Assembly (NCBI RefSeq): GCF_000341895.1
Contig: NC_020409.1
Coordinates: forward strand, 150,001-182,000
Reading direction: 5' to 3'
DNA from: Pseudodesulfovibrio piezophilus C1TLV30
Lineage (GTDB): Bacteria > Desulfobacterota > Desulfovibrionia > Desulfovibrionales > Desulfovibrionaceae
Length of the DNA stretch: 32,000 nucleotides
In this document: positions 1 through 7,187 of the stretch, piece after piece
Position numbering within the stretch: the first letter of the stretch is position 1
Layout: each line of letters starts with the position of its first letter
The notes under the pieces: generated by a model
Told to the model about the DNA's origin: nothing
Database searches by the model: none
What the model saw: only the letters and a program-made list of their open reading frames with translations
Position numbers and translations under genes: made by a program

Positions 1-1
1 A

Positions 2-418
2 CTATATTCATCGGGCGCCAATCTGAACTACAATGGGCATTATTCTCAAACACCGTTGATGCGTTCAGTAACTATTGAAAATTTTGAATTATGTTATTTT
101 CTGCTTAAGCATGGAGCAGACTATATGGCCGGTGCGCCATATGACTGGGCCAAAGAATTTGCAAAAGGGAATGACATCTCAGGCCCAATGTCAGCCATAT
201 GGTCAAGCCTTCTCCATGATATCCTGAACCAAGAAGATTCAATCCACAACATGTGGTTTTGGCGTTGCATCGACTTTCTTGAAAAACAAGGAATGAATTT
301 CGCCATTCCTGCGGATGTTGAAAAGTTTCGCCCTGCAGTCTTGGATACAAAGCCTACAGCTTATGAGCTTGAGATTGAAAGACAGAAAATGAAAAAGGGG
401 AATGGCAATGAGTCGTAA
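2..418 (+). CDS. ankyrin-repeat protein, C-terminal part (5' end outside the window)
   Basis: The frame is open from base 2 (LYSSGANLNYNGHYSQTPLM...) into the listed 56..418 ORF. GANLN..G..TPLM and LLKHGADY are ankyrin-repeat signatures. Stop at 416-418. Confidence 0.6.
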   Translation, partial: LYSSGANLNYNGHYSQTPLMRSVTIENFELCYFLLKHGADYMAGAPYDWAKEFAKGNDISGPMSAIWSSLLHDILNQEDSIHNMWFWRCIDFLEKQGMNFAIPADVEKFRPAVLDTKPTAYELEIERQKMKKGNGNES

Positions 419-1037
419 ATACTTAATTTTTATGCTCGCTTTGCTTGTTTTATCTGCAAATGCATCTGCGGTAGGAAGTACGGACCTCTCACAGGTGAAA
501 ACCATTACTCAGACTATCAAACTCTACCAAGGCGTCCTTACTTTTCCACCGCCCATGTGGGTGAATGAAGTCAAAGACCTTGGCAACTCAAAATTCTTCC
601 GGGACCAGCAACGCAATCTGTTTACCCTTGAACAAATCCCCAAAGACCAGGAATTTGATAGCTGGACGAACCTCTACGGTGTTTATGGTTTCTACCTACC
701 GGAATACGACATGAAGCGATTCATCAACGAGTCATTGAATGCCCTTGCCCTTGGCTGCAAAGTGCAGACGAAGTCCAAGATCGTCAACGCAGAGAATGGC
801 ATGATCATCATGACCTATATGTGCAAAGACCTCGTGGACCCGCTTGTTGTCAATGGCTACAACACGGAGAGCGGTTTTCTTTTCATGAGTCAGGTCGATC
901 AATCCTTCGCCAAAGTCTACATGGCTTGGCGCTCAAAACAGGAATACATGAAGACCGACAAATGGCCCATGAACGCGGAAACCATGACCGAAGCCGTCGA
1001 ACGAATGGGAAAGATACGGTATTTCAAGGTAGACTAA
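402..1037 (+). CDS. secreted hypothetical protein with Sec-type signal peptide
   Basis: 211-aa ORF. The N-terminus MAMSRKYLIFMLALLVLSANASA-VG is a classic signal peptide. The start overlaps the upstream stop; ATG 408 has better spacing from GGGGA than ATG 402. A hairpin terminator follows. Confidence 0.6.
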   Translation: MAMSRKYLIFMLALLVLSANASAVGSTDLSQVKTITQTIKLYQGVLTFPPPMWVNEVKDLGNSKFFRDQQRNLFTLEQIPKDQEFDSWTNLYGVYGFYLPEYDMKRFINESLNALALGCKVQTKSKIVNAENGMIIMTYMCKDLVDPLVVNGYNTESGFLFMSQVDQSFAKVYMAWRSKQEYMKTDKWPMNAETMTEAVERMGKIRYFKVD

Positions 1038-1100
1038 GCAAAATTAGAATCAGGGGATTTTCGGGGATACCTTACTAATTAAATTCCACAAATAGTGGAA

Positions 1101-1135
1101 AAGAGGCCCGGTTCACGCCGGGTCTTTCTCTTGTC
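1101..1135 (+). terminator. rho-independent terminator after the secreted-protein gene
   Basis: Stem CCCGG (1107-1111) pairs with CCGGG (1118-1122) and is extendable by G-C, A-U and G-U pairs to about 9 bp. Loop is TTCACG, followed by TTTCTCTT. Confidence 0.55.
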
Positions 1136-1334
1136 CTTTGACATAGCCTAACCATCACCACCTGTAACAGACAGAGAGGCGATGAATAAATCAACATCCT
1201 TATGATGACGGTGCTGTTCAATTAATTACAGCTATATTATTTACCTGAACATTCGGCGTTTTTGCGTTCAATACATCCTTACCCCCACTTCCGCTACGGA
1301 GTGGGGGGGGGCTTATTCCAAAGGAGGAAATTCG

Positions 1335-2216
1335 ATGAATGATAGTCGAAACGAACTGCAAACTCTCCAACCAACCGAGCACGATGCCGGTGAGATATTT
1401 AACGGCAAGAACTCTAACCGCACGGTTCGCGGATTTGCGATTCCGTGTTCATTCACTCCGGACCTCAACCCTGAATATTTGTTCCATGACTCCAGCCGCG
1501 ACGCCGTGGTCTGGTTCATGGATTCGTCTGATCCACTGTACGTATTCGGGCCTGCCGGTTCGGGCAAAACTAGTCTCATCAAGCAACTCGCGGCTAAGCT
1601 GAATTACCCGGTGTTCGACATCACCGGCCATGGGCGATTGGAGTTTCCTGATATGGTCGACCATCTGACCTTGGAAGATTCCAACATGTCTTTTCAGTAC
1701 GGACCGCTTGCGCTGGCCATGAAGTTCGGCGGTCTTTTTCTCCTAAATGAAATCGACCTTCTCAAGCCGGCGACTGCTGCCGGGCTGAACGGTATCCTGG
1801 ACGGTGATCCGCTGTGCATCCTGGAGAACGGCGGCGAGGTCATCAAGCCGCATCCGTTGTTTCGGTTCGTGGCCACGGCCAACACCAACGGCGGGGCTGA
1901 TGAGACCGACCTTTACCAGGGGGCACAGCGGTAAAATCTGGCGTTTATGGATCGTTTCTGGCTTTGTGAAATCGGCTACCCAAGTCCCAAGGTAGAGCGG
2001 GAGCTGCTGCATCGCAAGGTCCCTGGGCTGCCCAAGGACGTGCGGACCAAGATGGTGGAATACGCCAACGAGGTCCGCAAATTGTTTATGGGTGAGGCAG
2101 ACGGCAACTTCCGCGACACTATAGAGGTGACCCTCTCGACCCGGATCCTCATCCGCTGGGCGGATTTGACCGTCCGCTTCCAACCATTAGCCCGACAGGG
2201 AATCCAACCTGTGACC
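1335..2216 (+). pseudogene. CobS/MoxR-like AAA+ ATPase (AAA_5 type), nonsense-mutated and 3'-truncated by IS insertion
   Basis: Walker A is GPAGSGKT and Walker B is LFLLNEID. ORFs 1335..1934 and 1947..2246 are in the same frame, separated only by TAA at 1932-1934 (..GAQR*NLAFMDRFW..). Homology-like sequence ends at ..GIQPVT, exactly at the IS inverted repeat (2217). RBS AAGGAGG at 1321-1327. Confidence 0.75.
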
Positions 2217-2277
2217 AGAAGTGGGTCCACTTTGGTGGACCGCTGAGCGGCATTTTTAAGGTGGACAGTTTTACTGG

Positions 2278-3118
2278 TCACGCCGCCTGGCGGGGCCACC
2301 CCAGAGGGGGGGGGACCCCCTCTGGGGTGGGTCTCGCTTGATATTTCTCCATCGGCTTCCTGCCGTCAAAGGTCTTGTGAGGACGGCGGTTGTTGTAAAA
2401 TTCAAACCACCAGGCCAAAGCACTCCGCAAGTCAGAGCCAGTCTCCAACTCCCGCAGATAAACGCATTCATATTTCAGCGACTTCCAGAGTCGTTCAATC
2501 ATAACGTTGTCCATCCATTGAGATCCGAATTCCAGCATCACGCAAAGTCTTTATGAACTCATAGCTGGTAAACTGGCTACCCTGATCCGTGTTGAATATC
2601 TCAGGCACGCCGTAACGCATAATTGCGTTCTCCAGAGCCGAGACACAAAAGTCGGCTTCCATCGTGTTCGATAAGCGCCAAGACAAAATAGCACGGCTAT
2701 GCCAATCCAGGATCGCCACGAGGTACAAGAATCCGCGTTTCATCGGGATGTACGTGATGTCGGCGCACCAAACCTGATTAGGCTTCGTAATCGCCCGATG
2801 ACGCAGCAAGTACGGGTACGTCTTATGCTGTGGATGGGGATAGCTCGTCTTCGGCTTCTGATAAATCGCCATCAATCCCATCTTGCGCATCAACCGACGC
2901 ACTCGACCACGACCAACCTGATGCCCTTCATCTCGCAGGATGTTGCGCATCTGCCGGGAGCCGAAGAACGGCAACTCCATGAACAACTCGTCGATGCGTT
3001 TCATCAACTCCAAGTTGTACGGAGATTCGCCGATCGGCTGATAGTAATACGTTGAGCGTTGCAGCCTAAGAATTCTGCATTGCCGTCGGACGCTGAGCAT
3101 TGGATGCTCTTTGTCCAC
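2278..3118 (-). pseudogene. IS3 orfB (DDE integrase-core transposase), frame-broken
   Basis: ORF 2495..3118 carries WCADITY and NTDQGSQF (D, D) and ends ..ISMDGQRYD*. ORF 2278..2541, in another frame, continues ..WMDNVMIERLWKSLKYE (the E of DDE). The break lies near 2500-2540. Confidence 0.8.
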
Positions 3119-3134
3119 GACTTCACGCCTTCGC

Positions 3135-3428
3135 TCACAGCTCAGATTTTGGCGAAGGCTTGTTGCAAAAAATCCTTTTCGATAGTGAGCTGCCCGATCT
3201 TGGCGTGAAGCTCCTTGATGTGCGCTTCATCCTTTGCTGGCTCTTTTGGGCCTTGCCGGAAAATCCGGCAACGATTTGTTCTTTGGCTTGCTTCTCCCAC
3301 TGGGAGATCTGATTGGTGTGGACACCATACTTGCTGGTCAGTTCGGAAAGAGTATGTTCTTCGGACAATGCATCCAGGGCAACTCGGGCTTTGAATTCAG
3401 CAGTAAATCTTCTTCTCTTTTTGGACTT
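3135..3428 (-). pseudogene. IS3 orfA (HTH_Tnp_1-type), start codon missing and internally frameshifted
   Basis: Downstream of RBS AAGGAGG the frame reads K-SKKRRRFTAEFKARVALDALSEEHTLSELTSKYGVHTNQISQWEKQ, with AAG (3426-3428) where the initiator is expected. The coiled-coil part KDEAHIKELHAKIGQLTIEKDFLQQAFAKI* is in a different frame from the HTH part; the shift is around 3230-3260. Confidence 0.7.
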
Positions 3429-3496
3429 CGAAAAGCCTCCTTTGGCTTCTATATGTCCACCTTAAGCTGTGGTCCAGTTTCTTAGACCCACTTCTT

Positions 3497-3654
3497 TTAT
3501 CGTTTTAGTCAATACTACCCAAAAAGTCGGAACCGCTGTTGGCGGCTTAACCGGTGGGGTTGCCGGATACTTCGGCGCATCCACTGGCGCGGTTGCCGGA
3601 GTGCTGGCTGGTGCCATCGCAGGCTTCTTTGTTGGTTCCGCAGTGGGTGGTTAG
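3497..3654 (+). pseudogene. 3' fragment of a glycine-zipper small membrane/bacteriocin-like peptide gene
   Basis: The frame reads ..VNTTQKVGTAVGGLTGGVAGYFGASTGAVAGVLAGAIAGFFVGSAVGG*, with repeated GxxxG/AxxxG. There is no start codon between the IS end (3496) and the Gly-rich region; the listed ORF start lies inside the IS. Confidence 0.35.
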
Positions 3655-3930
3655 GTCGGTGATCACATTGATCGAAATATCATCAGTGAATGGCGCTACA
3701 ATCGTTGCAGTGCAAAATTCGAAACCTAAACCATGGAGATGATTCTGCGCGATTTCTGGACCTTCATCGGCGGCGTGGCTGTTGGCATCCTGACTTAACT
3801 GGCGTCTTTGCCACGGAAGAGGGCTACAAACCCCGTACCGTCGAGCAAGACGGGGAAGAGGGGGATGAACTGGAGGACGAAATTGAAGGGGAGGCTGGTG
3901 GAAACGAAGGCTTGATAATCCGGGCTATGT

Positions 3931-3960
3931 AAAAAGAGAGAGCCGCTGGCGGCTCTCAAT
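3931..3960. terminator. GC-rich hairpin, possible bidirectional terminator
   Basis: GAGAGCCGC (3938-3946) pairs with GCGGCTCTC (3949-3957). It is flanked by AAAAAGA on one side, which gives a U-run on the minus strand, and by AATAAATT on the other. Confidence 0.35.
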
Positions 3961-4273
3961 AAATTGATGCGTTGAAGTAGACCTTGAAGTTGCGTAGGGC
4001 TGGGGAGTCATTCAACTGGGTCAAACTCGAAATTCATATTTTGAGACAGCGTCGAGTTATTATTAAAATTTAATTAGTTAGCGCAATTCTCTTTCGAGTA
4101 AAAAACCGAGCCACCCCCCTCGGCACCATAAATTTTAAAAGTTATAGCTAGATCGCTATGACTCTTTTTTTATTTTTTGACTACGGATGGCATGTGTCAA
4201 TTTGTGTGCCAAATTTATTAAAACAGGGTGAAAAAGGGCATAAAATAGGTGAATACAGCTTTTTCGCGGAAGA

Positions 4274-4323
4274 GCACAAAAGAAGAATGCCAGGCCCTAT
4301 AAAGTTCTGGGATGCCTGGCATT
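4274..4323 (-). terminator. rho-independent terminator directly downstream of tRNA-Val
   Basis: A perfect 10-bp stem, AATGCCAGGC (4286-4295) with GCCTGGCATT (4314-4323). On the minus strand it is followed by CTTCTTTTGTG. Confidence 0.6.
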
Positions 4324-4337
4324 CTTTGGAATTTCAG

Positions 4338-4414
4338 TGGTGGGCGATACGGGATTTGAACCTGTGACTTCCACCGTGTGAAGGTGGCACTCTGACCAGC
4401 TGAGTTAATCGCCC
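4338..4414 (-). tRNA. tRNA-Val (anticodon CAC), CCA encoded
   Basis: The reverse complement is GGGCGATTAACTCAGCTGGTCAGAGTGCCACCTTCACACGGTGGAAGTCACAGGTTCAAATCCCGTATCGCCCACCA. It has a 7-bp acceptor stem, a 4-bp D stem, an anticodon stem CCACC/GGTGG with loop TT-CAC-AC, and T-loop TTCAAAT. There is one A-C mismatch in the T stem. Confidence 0.9.
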
Positions 4415-4486
4415 GTTTCCTTCTTGAGACATTTGTCTGAAGGGAGGATTCATATATCTGCAAGATTTTTACTTTGCAAGCTTTTT

Positions 4487-6592
4487 TTAGGGCACTTCGA
4501 CGCATTCATGCAATTCGCACTCTTGACCTTCATCTCGGTCACGATTGTAGCATGTCAGTCCGCATCGGAGGCAACGACACGTTTCATGTTTGGTTTCCGC
4601 TTCAGTCAAGGTGCCTTCGATTTCCTTGAAGGTACAGGTCCGTTCGTCGCATTCAAGGAGGTGGGGCATATCCGGGCGTTTGCGTGTGCTTACATCCGGG
4701 ACATGGGTAAACATGGTGTACGGGATAAGATCGCGTTGTAGTCTACTTGAGTAATGTGGTGTTCCTTCAGTCAAGTATTGGTGAATGGACCGTGCTGCTT
4801 TTCTGCCTTCTCCCATGGCTGTGATGACGAGGGATGGGCCGATTCGCATATCGCCACCAGCGAAGACATGAGGGAGGGCCGTTTGCATGGTATCTGGGTC
4901 AGCGCCAATGGTACGCCATCGGGTTTCTTCCAGTTCGCAGACTCCAGACTCATCGTAGAGGCATGACAGTTCTGGTTTTTGTCCTATTGCCGTGTAGATA
5001 GTGTCGCATTCGAGGAGTGTTTCCGACCCGTCGATTGGGATGGGACTCCGTCTTCCTGAAGCGTCTGGTTCACCAAGTTCCATCTTGATGTATTCAAGGT
5101 GGGTCACACGGCCATTTTCGTCTTTGATTATTTTATTGGGAGAAGCAAGAAGAAGGTAGTTGACCGTTTCTTCTTCCGCTCCAATGATTTCTTCCGCATT
5201 AGCGGGCATTTCATCGCGAGTACGACGATACATGAGGGTGACATGGGCACCGAGCCTGACGCTGGAACGTGCTGCGTCAATGGCTGTATTGCCTCCACCG
5301 ACAACCACGACCTTCTTGCCTATCCCGGTTTCTATTCCCAAACCAACCTTGGTGAGGAATTCCGTCCCGGTCTCGACTCCTTCCGCATCTTCGCCGTCGA
5401 TGCGCAGGTTTAGATTCATCCATGCTCCAATGCCAAGGAAAACGGCTTCGAACCCTTGTTCTTTAAGAGTTTTTAGCGTGACATCAGTCCCGAATTTCTG
5501 TTCTGTTTTTGCTTCTATACCAAGTTCAAGTATCCCTTCCAGCTCCCAATCAAGTATTTCTTTGGGCAACCTGTATTTTGGGATACCATAGCGGAGCTGT
5601 CCACCAAGTTGGGGCATAGATTCAAATATGGTGGGACTATGTCCCAGTCTGCGCAGAAAAAAGGCACAGGCGATTCCGGCTGGTCCTCCGCCGATTACAG
5701 CAACTTTGCGCCCTGTGACCGGTGCGCATTCAATCGGGAGTCGCTGTCCTGAATTCATTTCCCAGTCTGCCACAAAACGTTTGATCATGTTGATCCCGAT
5801 AGGGACATCAACTTGTCCTCGGCGACACGCATCTTCGCAGGGGTGGGGGCATACTCTCCCAATGGAAAGTGGCATGGGAATGCGTTCCCGTATCGTTTTG
5901 AGAGCTCCGGCATAATCTCCGCGCGATGCCTGCTCTATATATCGTTGAATATTGATTTGCCCAGGGCATTCCTGACGGCATGGAGCAAGGCAGTCAGTCT
6001 CCAGGTTGAGATGTGTCAATCGCGCGGAAAGCCCCCAAATAGTTATGACCCCTCTGGGGCAGACTATTGCGCATGCATTGCATGCTGTGCAGAGTTCTGG
6101 ATCGACGACAGGGTATCCATTGGGCCCCATCTCAATAGCTCCGAATTGGCAGGCATCAACGCAGGTCCCATAACCAAGGCAGCCTTCCGGACACATCTTG
6201 CTCCCACCGTAGAGCAAATTCTGAGCTCGACAATCGAGAACTCCCTTGTAGTCGTAATTGTCTTCGGCACGGATACCGCCGGTGCAATCGACAAAGGCAA
6301 TTTGTTTTTCCATGGTTGCAAATTCAAGCCCCATGATTGCGGCCACATTCTTGGCGATTTCATCTCCGCCGATAACACAGACTGTGGCTCCGGCTTTACC
6401 GTCGATCACACCTTGGGCCGCAGCAGCGCATCCGGGGAATCCGCATCCTCCGCAGTTGGCACCTGCCAGAACTCCTTCAACTTGTGAAATGCGTGGATCT
6501 TCATAGACATAGAGTACTTTCGATGCGACAGCGAGGATGACCGCTGACGTAAAACCAATGCCGAGAAGGACGAGGACAGAAGATGTAATCAT
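4487..6592 (-). CDS. rnfB: Rnf complex subunit B fused to a GltD/NfnB-like NAD(P)H-dependent flavoprotein domain
   Basis: 701-codon ORF and the last gene in rnfCDGEAB order. It has an N-terminal TM helix, CGGCGFPGC, CPEGCLGYGTCVDAC and CTACNACAIVCP. The C-terminal two thirds carry VAVIGGGPAG and VVVVGGGNTAIDAAR (see findings). Confidence 0.85.
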   Translation of the reverse strand: MITSSVLVLLGIGFTSAVILAVASKVLYVYEDPRISQVEGVLAGANCGGCGFPGCAAAAQGVIDGKAGATVCVIGGDEIAKNVAAIMGLEFATMEKQIAFVDCTGGIRAEDNYDYKGVLDCRAQNLLYGGSKMCPEGCLGYGTCVDACQFGAIEMGPNGYPVVDPELCTACNACAIVCPRGVITIWGLSARLTHLNLETDCLAPCRQECPGQINIQRYIEQASRGDYAGALKTIRERIPMPLSIGRVCPHPCEDACRRGQVDVPIGINMIKRFVADWEMNSGQRLPIECAPVTGRKVAVIGGGPAGIACAFFLRRLGHSPTIFESMPQLGGQLRYGIPKYRLPKEILDWELEGILELGIEAKTEQKFGTDVTLKTLKEQGFEAVFLGIGAWMNLNLRIDGEDAEGVETGTEFLTKVGLGIETGIGKKVVVVGGGNTAIDAARSSVRLGAHVTLMYRRTRDEMPANAEEIIGAEEETVNYLLLASPNKIIKDENGRVTHLEYIKMELGEPDASGRRSPIPIDGSETLLECDTIYTAIGQKPELSCLYDESGVCELEETRWRTIGADPDTMQTALPHVFAGGDMRIGPSLVITAMGEGRKAARSIHQYLTEGTPHYSSRLQRDLIPYTMFTHVPDVSTRKRPDMPHLLECDERTCTFKEIEGTLTEAETKHETCRCLRCGLTCYNRDRDEGQECELHECVEVP

Positions 6593-6602
6593 TTATACAC
6601 TC

Positions 6603-7178
6603 CTAGGATGCCATACCCTTGAAGGCGAAGAAAGTGAGAGACATGAGGCCAGCCATGATCAGGGCTAACGGGGTTCCTTTCAAGCTCACCGGAACTCGCG
6701 CCAGGTCGAGTCGTTCTCGGATTCCGGCGAGGACTACAAGAGCAAGCAGAAAACCGATACCGGAAGCTATGGAGAAGAGGATTGTTTCAATTAATGTAAA
6801 TCCTTCTCGTTGGCAGATGATTGAAATACCGAGAACTGCGCAGTTCGTTGTGATGAGCGGAAGAAAGATCCCAAGAGATTTGTACAATGGAGGGATGACT
6901 TTCTTCAAAAACATCTCAACAAATTGGACGAGTGCGGCGATAACCAGGATGAACGTTATTGTCTGGAGATAGCCGAGGTCGTAGGGGCCAAGGAGGTATT
7001 TCTGGACACACCATGTTATGGCGGCAGCCAGGGTGGCTACGAAGATGACGGCCAACCCCATCCCCAAAGCGACTCCGGATTCCTTGGAAGTTCCAATGAA
7101 AGGACAATTGCCGAGATACTGAGCCAGAACTATATTATTGACAAATATAGCTGCTATGATGAGTACGAAATAATCCAT
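6603..7178 (-). CDS. rnfA: Rnf complex subunit A
   Basis: 191-aa polytopic membrane protein. Motifs are NNIVLAQYLGNCPF and ITTNCAVLG. Its position between rnfE and rnfB fits. Confidence 0.9.
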   Translation of the reverse strand: MDYFVLIIAAIFVNNIVLAQYLGNCPFIGTSKESGVALGMGLAVIFVATLAAAITWCVQKYLLGPYDLGYLQTITFILVIAALVQFVEMFLKKVIPPLYKSLGIFLPLITTNCAVLGISIICQREGFTLIETILFSIASGIGFLLALVVLAGIRERLDLARVPVSLKGTPLALIMAGLMSLTFFAFKGMAS

Positions 7179-7187
7179 GTCCTCTCC

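Larger units (their letters stand above)
2217..3496 (-). mobile_element. IS3-family insertion sequence (about 1.28 kb), apparently defective
   Basis: Imperfect terminal inverted repeats: 2217-2267 (AGAAGTGGGTCC...TTAAGGTGGACA) versus the reverse complement of 3454-3496 (AGAAGTGGGTCT...TTAAGGTGGACA). orfA (HTH) and orfB (DDE/rve) lie on the minus strand. A T TTT TTG slippery heptamer sits at 3166-3172, with orfB open in the -1 frame. Boundaries are good to about +/-6 bp. Confidence 0.85.

Noticed and set aside
3135-3260. Explaining all IS3 frame changes as programmed frameshifting
   Set aside because: Only the coiled-coil-to-orfB transition has a slippery heptamer and the expected -1 geometry. 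The HTH-to-coiled-coil shift and the orfB break have no such signal and interrupt conserved domains.
3690-3932. 80-aa ORF with an acidic C-terminus as a genuine gene
   Set aside because: It has no RBS. Its N-terminal part is basic and odd, and it overlaps a 21-codon TM-like mini-ORF in another frame. It is more likely the frameshifted remnant of a small membrane protein, so I do not call it a CDS.
4158-4505. ORFs 4158..4367 (+) and 4218..4505 (-) overlapping tRNA-Val
   Set aside because: They run through a well-folded tRNA and its terminator. They have no RBS and an odd composition, so they are chance ORFs.
4754-6506. Several plus-strand ORFs (for example 5160..5591 and 5813..6487) antisense to rnfB
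   Set aside because: These are shadow ORFs opposite a strongly motif-bearing gene. They are Ser/Pro/Ala-rich with no recognisable motifs. The same applies to antisense ORFs inside rnfE, rnfD, rnfC, phoA, ycaO (21247..21966) and prfA.
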